Assembly (NCBI GenBank): GCA_032718475.1 | Contig: JAUCBJ010009099.1 | Coordinates: 1-64,000, forward strand | Direction: 5' to 3' | Source of the DNA: Nemertoderma westbladi | Lineage: Eukaryota > Animalia > Xenacoelomorpha | DNA length: 64,000 bases | Shown: positions 24,630 to 36,808 of the stretch, one piece after another | Position numbering within the stretch: position 1 is the first letter of the stretch | How the letters are laid out: every line of letters starts with the position of its first letter | Made by a program: the position numbers and the translations under genes | The notes under the pieces: generated by a model | What the model saw: the letters and a program-made list of their open reading frames with translations, nothing else | The model's database searches: none | Told to the model about the DNA's origin: nothing

Positions 24630-27600
24630 GGGTTGCCTCCAGTGGAGAGGCACCTTCGGGTTGCCTCTGGTAGAGAGGCATCTTCGGGTTGCCTCCGGTA
24701 GAGAGGAACCTTCAGGTTACCTCCGGTAGAGATGAGCCTTCGGGTTGCCTCCAATAGAGAGGAGTCTTCGGGTTGCCTCTGGTAGAGTGGAGTCTTCGGG
24801 TTGCGTCCGGTAGAGAAGAGTCTTCGGGTTGCCTCCGGGAGAGAGGCATCTTCAGGTTGCCTCCAGTAGAGAGGCACCTTTGGGTTGCCTCTGGTAGAGA
24901 GGAGCCTTCGGGTTGCCTCTGGTAGAGCGGAGCCTTCGGGTTGCCTCTGGTAGAGAGGAGCCTTAGGGTTGCCTCTGGTAGAGTGGAGCCTTCGGGTTGC
25001 CTCTGGTAGAGAAGGGTCTTCGGGTTGCCTCTGGTAGAGAGGCACCTTCGGGTTGCCTCCGGTAGAGGGGAGCCTTCGGGTTGCCTCCAGTAGAGAGGAG
25101 CCTTCGGGTTACCTCTGGTAGAGAGGTGCCTTCGGGTTGCCTTCGCTGCGGTAGAGAGGAGCCTTCAGGTTGCCTCCAGTAGAGATGCACCTTCGGGTTG
25201 CCTTCGCTCCAGTAGAGAGGAGCCTTCGGGCTGCCTCCGCTGCGGTAGAGAGGAGCCTTCGGGCTGCCTCCGCTGCGGTACAGAGGAGCCTTCGGATGCC
25301 TCCAGTAGAGATGCACCTTCGGGTTGCATCCAGTAGATTGGGGCCTTCGGGTTGCCTCCGCTCCGGTAGAGAGGAGCCTTCGGGTTACCTCTTGTAGAGA
25401 AGTGCCTTCGGGTTGCCTTCGCTCCAGTAGAGATGAGCCTTCGGGTTGCCTCCACTCCGGTAGAGAGGAGCCTTCATGTTGCCTCTGGTAGAGAGGAGCC
25501 TTCATGTTGCCTCTGGTAGAGAGGAGCCTTCGGGTTGCCTCCGCTTTGGTAGAGAGGAGCCTTCGGGTTACCTCTGGTAGAGAGGTGCCTTCGGGTTGCC
25601 TTCGCTCTGGTAGAGAGGAGCCTTAGGGTTGCCTCCACTCCAGTAGAGAGGAGCCTTCGGGTTGCCTCCACTCCAGTAGAGATGCACCTTCGGGTTACCT
25701 CCGGTAGATAGGCACCTTTGGGTTGCCTCCAGTAGAGTGGAGCCTTCGGGTTGCCTCCGCTCCGGAAGAGAGGAGCCTTTGGGTTGCCTCCACTCTGGTA
25801 GTGAGGAGCCTTCGGGTTGCCTCCAGTAGAGATGCACCTTCGGGTGGCCTCCAGTAGAGTGGAGCCTTCGGGTTGCCTCCACTCCGGTAGAGAGGAGCCT
25901 TTGGGTTGCCTCCGCTCCAGTAGAGAAGAGCCTTCGGGTTGCCTCTGCTCCGGTAGAGAGGAGCCATCGGTTTGCCTCCAGTAGGGTGGAGCCTTTGGGT
26001 TGCCTCTGCTCCGGTAGAGAGGAGCCTTTGGGTTGCCTCCAGTAGAGATGCACCTTCGGGTTGCCTCCGGTAGAGAGGAGCCTTTGGGTTGCCTCCGGTA
26101 GAGAGGAGACTTCGGGTTGCCTCCACTCCCGTAGAGAGGAGCCTTTGGGTTGCCTCTGCGCCAGTAGAGAGGAGCCTTCGGGTTGCCTCCAGTAGAGAGG
26201 AGCCTTCGGGTTGCCTCCAGTAGAGATGCACCTTCGGGTTGCCTCCAGTAGAGATGCACCTTCGGGTTGCCTCCAGTAGAGTGGAGCCTTCGGTTTGCCT
26301 CCGCTCCAGTAGAGATGAGCCTAAGGGTTGCCGCCGATACGATAGAGAGGAGCCTTTGGGTTGCCACCAGTAGAGAGGAGCCTTCGGGTTACCTCTGGTA
26401 GAGAGGAACCTTCGGGTTGCCTCCGGTAGGGAGGAGCCTTCGGGTTACCTCTGGTAGAGTGGAGCCTTCGGGTTGGCTCCAGTAGAGGGGAGCCTTCGGG
26501 TTGCCTCCGCTCCGGTAGAGAGGAGCCTTCGCGTTGCCTCCACTCCGGTAGAGATGTGTCTTCGGGTTGCCTCTGCTCCGGTAGAGAGGAGCCTTCAGGT
26601 TGCCTCCACTCCGGTAGAGAGGAGCCTTTGGGTTGCCTCCAGCAGAGATGCACCTTCGGGTTGCCTCCAGTAGAGTGGAGTCTTCGGGTTGCCTCCGCTC
26701 CGGTAGAAAGGAGCCTTTGGGTTGCCTCCGCTCCAGTATAGAGGAGCCTTCGGGTTGCCTCCGCTCTGGTAGAGAGTAACCTTCGGGTCGCCTCTGCTCT
26801 GGTAGAGAGGAGCTTTGGGTTGCCTCCACTCCGGTAGAGAGGCACCTTCGGATTGCCTTCGCTCCAGTTGAGAGGATCCTTCGGGTTGCCTCCACTCCGG
26901 TAGAGAGGAGCCTTCGGGTTGCCTCTGGTAGAGAGGCACCTTTGGGTTACCTCCGGTAGAGAGGCCCTTCGGGTTGCCTCGCTCCGGTAGAGAGGAGCCT
27001 TCGGGTTGCCTCCACTCCAGTAGAGAGGAGTCTTCAGGTTGCCTCCGCTCCGGTAGAGGAGCCTTCGGGTTACCTCTGCTCCGGTAGAGAGGAGCCTTCG
27101 GGTTACCTCTGCTCCGGTAGAGAGGATCCTCTGGGTTGCCTCAGCTCCGGTAGAGAGGAGCCTTCGGGTTGCCTCCAGTAGAGAGGAGCCTTCGGGTTTC
27201 ATCCGCTCCGGTAGAGAGGAGCCTTCGGGTTGCCTCTAGTAAAGAGGCACCTTCGGGTTACCTCCAGTAGAGAGACACCTTCAGGTTGCCTCCAGTAGTG
27301 AGGAGCCTTCGGGTTTCCTCCGCTCCGGTAGAGAGGAGCCTTCGGGTTGCCTCTGGTAGAGGCACCTTCGAGTTACCTCCGGTAGAGGCACCTTTGGGTT
27401 GCCTCTGCTCCGGTAGAGATGCATCTTCGGGTTACCTCTGGTAGAGAGGCACTTTCGGGTTACCTCCGGTAGAGAGACACCTTCGGGTTGCCTCTGCTCC
27501 GGTAGAGAGGAGCCTTTGGGTTTCATCCGCTCCGGTAGAGAGGAGCCTTCGGGTTGCCTCTAGTAAAGAGGCACCTTCGGGTTACCTCCAGTAGAGAGAC

Positions 27601-28590
27601 ACCTTCAGGTTGCCTCCGCTCCGGTAGAGAGGAGCCTTCAGGTTGCCTCCAGTAGAGAGGAGCCTTCGGGTTTCATCCGCTCCGGTAGAGAGGAGCCTTC
27701 GGGTTGCCTCTAGTAAAGAGGCACCTTCGGGTTACCTCCAGTAGAGAGACACCTTCAGGTTGCCTCCGCTCCGGTAGAGAGGAGCCTTCAGGTTGCCTCC
27801 AGTAGTGAGGAGCCTTCGGGTTTCCTCCGCTCCGGTAGAGAGGAGCCTTCGGGTTGCCTCTGGAAGAGGCACCTTCGGGTTACCTCCGGTAGAGGCACCT
27901 TTGGGTTGCCTCTGCTCCGGTAGAGATGCATCTTCGGGTTACCTCTGGTAGAGAGGCACCTTCGGGTTACCTCCAGTAGAGACATCTTCGGGTTGCCTCC
28001 GCTCCGGTAGAGATGCACCTTCGGGTTACCTCTCGTAGAGAGGCACCTTCGGGTTACCTCCAGTAGAGACATCTTCGGGTTGCCTCCGCTCCGGTAGAGA
28101 TGCACCTTCGGGTTACCTCTCGTAGAGAGGCACCTTCGGGTTAGCTCCGGTAGAGAGACCCTTTGGGTTGCCTCTGCTCCGGTAGAGAGGAGCCTTCGGG
28201 TTGCCTCCGCTCCAGTAGAGAGGCACCTTCGGGTTACCTCCAGTAGAGAGACACCTTCGGATTGCCTCTGCTCTGGTAGAGAGGAGCCTTCGGGTTTCCT
28301 CCGCTCCAATAGAGATGAGCCTTCAGGTTGCCTCTGGTAGAGAGGCACCTTCGGGTTACCTCCGGTAGAGAGACACTTTCGGGTTGCCTCTGCTCCAGTA
28401 GAGAGGAGCCTTCGGGTTGCCTCCGGTAGAGAGGCACCTTCGGGTTGCCTCCACTCCGGTAGAGAGGAGCCTTCGGGTTGCCTCTGCTCCAGTATAGAGG
28501 AGCCTTCAAGTTGCCTCCGCTCTGGTAGGGAGGAGCCTTCAGGTTGTCTCCGGTATAGAAGAACCTTTGGGGTTGTCTCTGTTACAGAGG
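24630..28590. repeat. GC-rich 28/33-bp minisatellite (GGTAGAGAGGAGCCTTCGGGTTGCCTCC[GCTCC]), roughly 125-135 units
   Basis: Tandem units with an optional 5-nt insert and many point variants; it directly abuts the 30-bp satellite. Confidence 0.95.
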
Positions 28591-28612
28591 TTGCCTTGGC
28601 TTAGGAGGTTTG

Positions 28613-29452
28613 TTAAGGGGGGTGGGGGGATAGCCCCATGGTTTTTTCTTATTTTGTACATGTCTCCGATGTGGTTGAAAAATGCATAGAAAACGATATA
28701 CCATTGAAAAGAGAATCATCAAAAGTACATAAAAAATTTTTTAGCGCCCCCTAGCGGCCTCCGTGATATTTTAAAAATTTCACTAAAAAAACTACTCCTC
28801 TGTTATTCGATACCACATTTTTTCGAACCAGCATGTTCATTTTCATCATATTTTTCACGCAGTTTTTGTATTTTCGTTCTCTATTTCTGATAATTGGCAA
28901 TTTTGTAAAAAAAAAAATCAAAATATTTAAAAAACAGAAAATGTTTTTTTTGTAATTTTCCATTCAAAAAATGGGGACATGTTATTAAATTAGGAAAAGT
29001 GCGTGAAATTTATTGAAGCTTATGAAATTACAAATTATGAAATTAGTATTTTTCGCGCGAAAAATGTCATTCAGAGATAATCGCCTTCAAAGTTAAAACC
29101 TTCCCGAGCTAAACTACCTACCTTTTTATGGGGTCTGATTGGTTAATAATGTCTGACAGAAAGGAAGCACACCACCGTGCTAAAATTTTATTTATGGGGG
29201 TTTTCGGGGACGCTGATTTCATTTCCGATGTCAGTTTTAATACTTTGATGGAATCTAGTCTGTCCGTCTATCGGTTGTCTGTCTCTGTCTTACATTTTGA
29301 CAGACAGATTGGCAGACAGAAATTCCACGATAACTCGAGATCTCTCTAAGCCGTTTTCAGATTTGAAATCCCCAATAAATTTTGCTCTAGATGCAATAAC
29401 AAAAACATTTCTGTAATTTTTAGCGAGGGTGGGCTACCCCCCTCCCCCTCAA
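28613..29452. mobile_element. Non-autonomous DNA transposon with TTAA-flanked left end (Kolobok/piggyBac-like)
   Basis: Left end TTAA|GGGGGGTGGGGGGATAGCCC and right end GGGCTACCCCCCTCCCCCTC form an imperfect TIR. Internal 29066-29370 is similar to 45788-46056. Confidence 0.55.
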
Positions 29453-29852
29453 TTAGTTAGCCCGAGATAATGTAGGAGGTACGTAATGACGTCGGACAGA
29501 CCAGTCACACCTAAATAACATGAGTTGTTCGATATCGGTGGATGAAGACATTTTCACAATATTTTCAAAACCAGTGAAGTGAATGAGTGAATCCTATTGC
29601 ACATTCGTATAATTCCTTCAACAAACCAACTTCTAATTATCAGAAATTGATTTCAAAATCTCTATCCTTTAGGCGTTACAACTGTATGAGATTGTAGAAA
29701 ATTGGAGAGTCTGGGTCCCTAATGATCGATGTAAAATGATGAAACTAAAATGTTTAAAAACTGATTCATGAAAAATATATCGACAACACAATTAGTCAGT
29801 ATTTAACGTTTTAATGAGAAATATCTCAACACAAGTAACACTTAGTCAGTAA

Positions 29853-30392
29853 TTAACGTTTTATAGTAAACAGTTCTCCGGCCGCCGGTAGAGGAGCTAG
29901 AGCACCGGAAGTGACGTCAGGTAAACGACTGAGATCCGGTAGACTCTGCAGATGATCCCTGAGTTCTCGTCGGACTTTAGTGACCTGATCCAGATTGGAC
30001 TGGTAGCGCTGGAGAGTTTCGTTGTCTGCCGCTACGCGTCGCTCTTGTTCCTTAATGAATGCGGATATGAGACGGTAGGTGGCGCGGCGCTCCTCCATCT
30101 CGCTTTGCAACCGCGCGTTGTAGTCGCCTAGCAACCCATGGGCGCGGTCCACCTTGTCAGACAGATCGGACAGCTCCTCAGCCTGGGTCGGTGAGGTAAG
30201 TCTGTCCACCGAGCTGATATCCTGTATCTCGGCCGGCAGCTGGGCGATCCGTTCACGAACCTCCGCGTCCCCGCTAGGGGCGCTCTCTAACTCCTGCAGA
30301 CGCCGAACCAACTCATCGGTTCCTGGAGGGTCCGGTAGAGGCTCTACTAGGTCCTCGTTACGCCGCCGTTTAGCCACAGGACTCGCCGCAAT
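29853..30392 (-). CDS. RPRD1B: Regulation of nuclear pre-mRNA domain-containing protein 1 (RPRD1A/B family), exon 2 with CREPT coiled coil
   Basis: Branch point and acceptor ctctaactgttacag|ATT. Motifs LESAPSGDAEVRERIAQLP, YNARLQSEMEERR and HLQSLPDLSRLPDVT...LAPLP.AGELF. A versus B paralog is not resolvable. Confidence 0.85.
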   Translation of the reverse strand: MAASPVAKRRRNEDLVEPLPDPPGTDELVRRLQELESAPSGDAEVRERIAQLPAEIQDISSVDRLTSPTQAEELSDLSDKVDRAHGLLGDYNARLQSEMEERRATYRLISAFIKEQERRVAADNETLQRYQSNLDQVTKVRRELRDHLQSLPDLSRLPDVTSGALAPLPAAGELFTIKR

Positions 30393-30830
30393 CTGTAACA
30401 GTTAGAGTGACAGATGCAGATGGGTCCATTACATTACACACAAGGCTCCTATGTAATATCTTGTAAAAAAGTCAAAATAAAATAAAATACAAAGTTAATG
30501 AAATTAATTTATTGTGGTGATTTAAAAGAATTGGGTATAATATTATCCCAAATATTTATTTGGGAATAATATAGAAAATAGATAGATTAGGTCTATATTA
30601 TTGAAATCTATCTACATTGTAAGAGGGGCTAAAACTCCGAAGACTTTATAAAATTAAAAACGCTTTTATATTTCAACAGACTCTAAAAACAGACTCAGAC
30701 AATTCCAAATCACTTTACAACCAAAGTTGACTTGTAGGTTCATTTGCCTTTAGAGTTATGAGGCAGGCTATTAATACATAATACATATTGGTAGTTGGTT
30801 TGGTACCGGTAGTCTACAGGCCTAACTCAC

Positions 30831-31292
30831 CTCGGCACTCCGTGACGTCTCTGCGACCCGTTGTGGCGGGGACAACGGCGATATCTCCCGCCCCCTTCTG
30901 CCCCCCAGGCAGCCCCCCAACTCGACTAGGAACCCCGACTCGTAAACCCCCCGATCCCTCCATATCTCCAGTAGTCTACTCAACGCCCCCAACGTCTTCG
31001 TATCCGCACCCCCACTAACATCCTCGAACGCCTCTAGCAACACGTCCCGGAACTCCTTACTGAACTCCTCCCCCTTCTTCTTACTATTCTGTATGACGTC
31101 ATTAGACAGATACATGAGGGTGAGCTTCCGCGGCGGTTTGCAGAGTTTCAGCTCTTTGAGCCATACTTCGACGATAGTTTTGGCTCGTTTCCTGTGGTGA
31201 ATCAGCCACAAAGCGAGAGTTTGTATGCTCTGCTGGGACTGAGTGAGTTCTGATATCTTCCTAGACAAAGCCGTCTCCGAGAAACTAGACAT
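30831..31292 (-). CDS. RPRD1B: RPRD1-family exon 1 (CTD-interacting domain)
   Basis: MSSFSETALSRKISELTQSQQSIQTLALWLIHHRK...KLTLMYLSNDVIQNSKKKG. Donor GAG|GTGAGT is phase 0. Spliced product is 333 aa. Confidence 0.88.
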
Positions 31293-31469
31293 TACGAGGA
31301 AAGAGTTAATCACTATTGCAGGTTAATTTGCAGATTTGCGAAAAGCAAACTTTTCTTAGTTTCATTAATGTAACGTAGGTAAGCACTAATGCTTTGATAA
31401 AAAAAAGTAGGTACGGTTAAAAATAGTTGGCTGTCCGATTAGGCCTACCCGCAGTGCCGCAGTTGTGTT

Positions 31470-31802
31470 TTATCGCTTTTTAAACCCGTATTTTTTCCTC
31501 TCGTAGAACAGATCGGTTTTCGCGCTGCCAAGGTTTATTATTTTCGGACAGCCGTCCCTATCCTTCTCCTGCGTGGAGCACTCCTTGCAGTAGTAGGCGT
31601 CGGATATCCCGGGCCCGCCGCAGATTATACAACGGCCCTGGTAGGAGCCGTAGTTACACTCGTCGCAGATTCGCACAAGAGACGAGGGTCGCACATACGA
31701 GTCGCATATAACGCATTTACCGTCGCATTTCTCGCAGAGTCGTCCGATTGCAACTCCCGGTTGTTTGCGACAGAATATCAAATCAGGATGATGTTTGGCC
31801 AT
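31470..31802 (-). CDS. PHF5A: PHD finger-like domain protein 5A (SF3b subunit), 110 aa, intronless CDS
   Basis: [39 protein letters not shown]...[30 protein letters not shown] is the near-invariant PHF5A/Rds3 sequence. Confidence 0.97.
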   Translation of the reverse strand: MAKHHPDLIFCRKQPGVAIGRLCEKCDGKCVICDSYVRPSSLVRICDECNYGSYQGRCIICGGPGISDAYYCKECSTQEKDRDGCPKIINLGSAKTDLFYERKKYGFKKR

Positions 31803-32489
31803 CAAACATATAATTAAACATTTGTAGAGTTCAGTTCTGTAGTTCAAGTTCAGTCCTGCAGTCACAAGTCAGTCGGCCTACCCCAGTACGGTACCCTAAC
31901 CCTACCCTACCCTATGTACAATTAAATGCGGAAATGTTGGGTTAGTCACACCACATTACTGTAATGTTAGATAAAAAACCGCAGTACCGACAGACCCGGA
32001 GACAGAGAGAAGCTGCAGGGAGCGGACTACAGGAACGGACAAAACTCTGATACAGATGTTGCCCCTGTCAGCCTGCAAGACTCTGTGATGTGTGAATTGA
32101 CCTCGAAACTCAGTACACGTAGGTTCAGCATGTAATACCTACAGACTTATGGTGTTCCTGTTGATGATGTTGTACTGAGCAGCTGAGGCGTTGTACCGCA
32201 GCCAGATGAAAATTAAATCGAATGTTATTATCAGATTATTGCAACAACGTATCCAAGATGATGGACCATGACACAATGATGGCAAAAGTAAAACATACAA
32301 ACAATTGTTGATACCACTTTCAAACCGCTGCCTTTTGTTGTGTAGTTAGATAGAAGATCGTATCGTCTACCCACAATTTCTAAGAGCCCCTGAAATAGAT
32401 GACTGTATGATGAGCGTGGCTCAACTATGGCAATAGCCATACTGTCTCGAATGTACTATTTGATTGGAATCTAATAGATGCTGTAAGTA

Positions 32490-32662
32490 AGAAATTTCGC
32501 ACTGCTGTGTCCCTAGGCAAGACACTTTAGACATTAGTGCCTACACCAACCCAGCGGTATAATGGGAACCTGGCTTTGCTGGAGTAATGATAATAAAAGC
32601 GCTTTGAGTATGCTGAGCGTAGAAAAGCGCTATATAAATAACCAATATTATTATATTATTAT
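32490..32662 (+). mobile_element. SINE fragment with conserved central domain and L2-type 3' tail
   Basis: Central gtgtccctaggcaagacactt...caacccagcggtataatgggaacc, followed by aaagcgctttgag...gaaaagcgctatataaat and an (ATT)n tail. Confidence 0.65.
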
Positions 32663-32919
32663 ATACGGTTATACATGTAGAAACTGACGCAGATAAATTT
32701 GCATCAGTAGTTAAGTTATACAAGGTTTATTTGTAGAAGCTTCTGTATAATACTGTTCATCATAGGCTACTAATATATAGTATAAAATACTAAGATTTGC
32801 AACATACAGTACTAAATTAATGCGGGATATTGTTCGTCTTTATTCTGTTAATTTTGTGCTATTCTCCCTTCGCGTTCAAGAGCAAGACGTTCGAACATAT
32901 GTGATAAACAAGATATCAG

Positions 32920-34415
32920 GGGTGGTATGCACCAAGCGATCTAATTAGCCTGAACTATGTAACCTGTTCTAATTAGAACCAGCTCAGTCTAATCATTATG
33001 CACCAACTTTAGACTAGCCTAATTTCTAGTCGAATTAGAATATAAATATTAGACAGCTAATAGGTGTCTAATATTATAGTTTCTGCTCAGCCGCTGATAT
33101 GTTTCCAATAGTTACTAGCCAAACAATCAACAGATTTAGTATTCTGTATTTAATTAGGTTGAGTAACGAGTGGACATTATACTGTATTGTACATGTACAA
33201 TATACACATACTGCAAGTAGAGTAAGCGGTAAGCCATACATAAAACTTAGCAAAAGAACTTTGAAAGAGTTTGATATTAGTGCAATACATTATTATGGGT
33301 GAGCCGAGCATGTCAAATAATATTTTTATGTTTGTGAAAATGCTGAGAACATCTTTCAACTCGCAATTAACATTCGATTTCACGTAAAAACTATTTACCA
33401 TAACGGTCATGGGAACAGCTCGCTACCCCCACTATATCGAATATCGGGCATAATCATTTAATGGCTGCTGTTAGGAACAAAGATAATTTGATACCTTAAT
33501 CACTCAAAATCTCAAAGTTTATTGAGCTTATAGTGCTCAAAATATAAAAATTATAAAGTAACAGGCTGTTTATTACGGTGGCCCACAAACGGACACAGTT
33601 AATAAAGAAATAACCTCAATTCGCGGCAGTTTAGTTTTGCCGTGAAATGTCGCAGCACGTTTAGTTTATGCCGTGAAATTATATTTCTGACTGGTTCATA
33701 CATTTTGGAACAAAAATCGATAGAGGAAAACTCTAAGGAAACTTCTACCTCTAACCTTTAATAATTAAAATTCACAACTGAAATCGAATGCCCATAAAAA
33801 TCTGCTTAAGCTTAAAAAAATTAATTCTGAAAACATAAACCAGGAATATGATATTGTTTAATTCAAAATTTCATCAATTTATGAAAGATATAGGGACATA
33901 AATAGAGCCAGAATTTTAGCATGTTTTCAAAACTGTCTGCCACACATAGTATCAACATTCTGTTAATATTTTAGTCATTTTTCGAAGGTATTTATCCAAC
34001 TAAAAACACGAATAGCAAAAATCCCCATTCAAATATCGTAATTATCCGCAAAAAATGTGACGAATTTCTGATTATGCCCATATGGAAGGAAGCCACAATG
34101 TAAGAAACCAGCACCACACAATAACATCAGAGTTAGTTACTGTAGTATTAATTAAGGTAACACCCAAATAGTGCTAGACAGAGAGCCAATGATAAATCGT
34201 TAAAGAAATACTGATCTGTGATTGGATTTTGATACAATTGGAGCTAATCATTGTATTGGTTCTTCCAGTCTAATCGAATTAGACTGAACTAGGAATAGAA
34301 TAGACTGGAAAATGTTGGTGCATATAGAAATTAGACTGATCTAACTCTAGACTGAGTCTACACTAATTAGTGAACTAATTAGACTCATTATATTCTAAAT
34401 TGGTGCATATCACCC
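32920..34415. mobile_element. Non-autonomous PIF/Harbinger-like element
   Basis: TIR GGGTGGTATGCACCAA and TTGGTGCATATCACCC, with a 3-bp TSD CAG on both sides inside a palindromic target gatat-CAG-atatc. Confidence 0.8.
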
Positions 34416-35002
34416 CAGATATCACCTGTTCTAGAATTGCTACCGGTATGCGAAATACCAGTGCTAGTTTACAGTCCTCCAATCGTTAATACTGTCTTTA
34501 TTGTTACAAAATTAAATCAATTACTTTATTCAGTTATTTTACTTAGATTATTAAGCTATTCTACTATTTTTAAATATATGTCATCCTCATCATCACTTCA
34601 TACATAGCAAATATAAACCAAACATAATTTTAAGAATAAGTTGTTCAATATATTTGTTTTGAAGTTTTTACGTTACTAGAACAATTGTTACATAGTAGGA
34701 ACTCTGATCCACCTATTCTAAAGTAGTCAAGATAGAAGTTCTACATTCTATTTATAAATATTAACTAATGTAATAAACATAATTGATGGCGAATTGTCTA
34801 TGGAAGCAGAGCACCACCATACATATTGTTTATTTAATTTTGTAATAAAGGTAAATTAAATAGCCTTTTCGTGAAAGATATTTCATTAAGACTTAACAAC
34901 ACTTAGTGTTGTTTGTATGTTATTGTGAAATAAGTCGAATTTTAATGAATAAATATTATCATATAATATAACGACCTGGCCTTTTCATTCACTTGCAGTC
35001 AT

Positions 35003-35101
35003 GGGCCGAAATGTCCGGACCGAATAGTCCGGGCCGAATCGTCCGGGCCGAAACGTCCGGGCCGAAACGTCCTGGACCGAAACGACCTAGGCCGAAACGT
35101 C
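35003..35101. repeat. 14-bp tandem repeat GGGCCGAAACGTCC, about 7 copies (probable transposon subterminal repeat)
   Basis: Visible tandem unit. Confidence 0.75.
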
Positions 35102-35814
35102 TGTATATCATACGAATAGTAGGCCTCTCTCTGCTCTGTCATCAAAATTCCTAGTAATTTTAAAAGTTGAGTTGCTTGAAGACAATAAGGACTTTATAAA
35201 CAATATATTACAACCTGCAAGCACTCAACAGCCAAGAATCTATAAACTATAAAGAACTATAAAGATCTTGAGCTATCTTTAATTATTTAGGAGGAATACC
35301 AAGGAATTATGTTTCAACGCTCAGATGCTTTCAGCCATGCAAATGCGAGATGGGTGGCAAAATTACACTATTATTATCTCCTCATTAGGCATACTCTTTT
35401 TGCTCACCAAAGTCACCAATTTAACTGCTGGGAATTCAGGATAATGATATCTCTGAATTCAACATGGACTCTAAGAACGTATATTGTTTCTTGGTTTCAA
35501 GCGAGGTCACGTTTCAATGTCCCGGCAAACGATTAGAAAATTTAATTAAGTCTGATGCTCCAATTGACAGGTTAGTTTGGTCTTAATATTATAATTCTAT
35601 AGAGGTAATCATTCTAATTAGTTCTACTGTAATTTGGCGTAATTTATTTTTAGGGATTGTATAAAGTTTGCGCAGCTGTCCTTGCCCGGCACCAGTGGTA
35701 CGATCTGCCTAACTATTGTTATTACCATTGTTTGATAATAAGACAAACACTTAGAAGGAAGATGTGGAAAGAGCTATTAGGCCCACATCACAACAAAAGG
35801 AAGAGATCAATTTA

Positions 35815-35972
35815 GGAAGACCATAATTGTTGTAATGCACCTGCAATGGGAGGTTCGATTCCTGTATGGTTCTTTGTGATAATGATGGTTGTCCCGCTGG
35901 ATGGTATTCACTTTCATTGTGTAAAGCTAATGAAAAAATCCTGAAGGAAAGTGGTGATGCGCTAAATGCCCT
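35815..35972 (+). pseudogene. Frameshifted ING-type PHD finger remnant, probably transposon-borne
   Basis: MVLCDNDGCPAGWY / HFHCVKL / GKW*CAKC across frameshifts. Confidence 0.55.
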
Positions 35973-36808
35973 GGAACAAGATCAAAGAAAAGCAAAGCCT
36001 AAGGTGAATGAATATCAGAAGGATCTTTTAGATGATGAAATAATTAGATGCGAGTCCTGTGGTGTTATAATTTTCGGTTCATGATCCCAAGTAGCAGAAG
36101 TCATCCACATGTTCAATCAAGTCATTCCTGGAGCTTATGCTTATACATTTCCTGAGGGCCGTCAAAGTTAACTGTCATTATGATCACTGACAATATAATA
36201 GTAATATAAATCCCGTTATTGTTTAGAAGCTACTCCAAGTGGGCCTTCCAATCATTGAGGCTATCAGCTGGCGATTCAACCTTAACTTGGGTTGCTTTCC
36301 TACCAGTCAGCAGGTTTATCAATTGCCCGTGTAAGATTACTGAGTGCTGCATGACGGTTTTTGACCAGTTGTTTCTTTTAATAAGAATGCTGTGATTATA
36401 ATCAGTGGGGGGTATAGATAGGTGTTGGGTTATATTTATTCCGATAATTAAGTGTCATATTTAGTAAGAAGGCCAAATAATTAATTATAAAGATTCAATA
36501 TATTATTTCGAATCATTTAATGTTTTGTAAAAATTACTTTCAAGGGAAGGATCACAAATATCTATTACACTTCGAGTTAATGGCGCATAATGACCACAAA
36601 CATCATCAACAAACTATGTGTTAAATAAAATCCATTTAATTTTATTTAAAACATTACGGGAAAGGAGCAGGTTGTGTGGTGTTTTTTTTTAACCAAAACA
36701 ATAAATAAAATTAATTTGGAGAACACTTTTTTCAATGTCCGCCACTATCAGCACACTTGTATAGCAGGTTAGCCCAGGTTATTTGGTTGCAGAAAGGTAG
36801 AAGAAGGG

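Noticed and set aside
15860-24681. Long ORFs (MCFLHLLSSC and YTFFLVVCVF repeats, up to 941 aa)
   Set aside because: Artefacts of a stop-free 30-bp satellite; 29-bp units shift the frame constantly.
24560-28509. Repetitive ORFs (RRQPEGSSLPE, GGNPKAPLY, EATRRLLSTG) as a structural protein
   Set aside because: Mixed 28- and 33-bp units change frame, and all frames acquire stops.
31470-31802. Functional link between the splicing factor PHF5A and the neighbouring donor arrays
   Set aside because: The protein is canonical and acts at the branch point; proximity alone is not evidence.
31803-31865. N-terminal extension of the PHF5A ORF in the track
   Set aside because: It begins at a GTG; conservation starts at MAKHHPD (ATG 31802).
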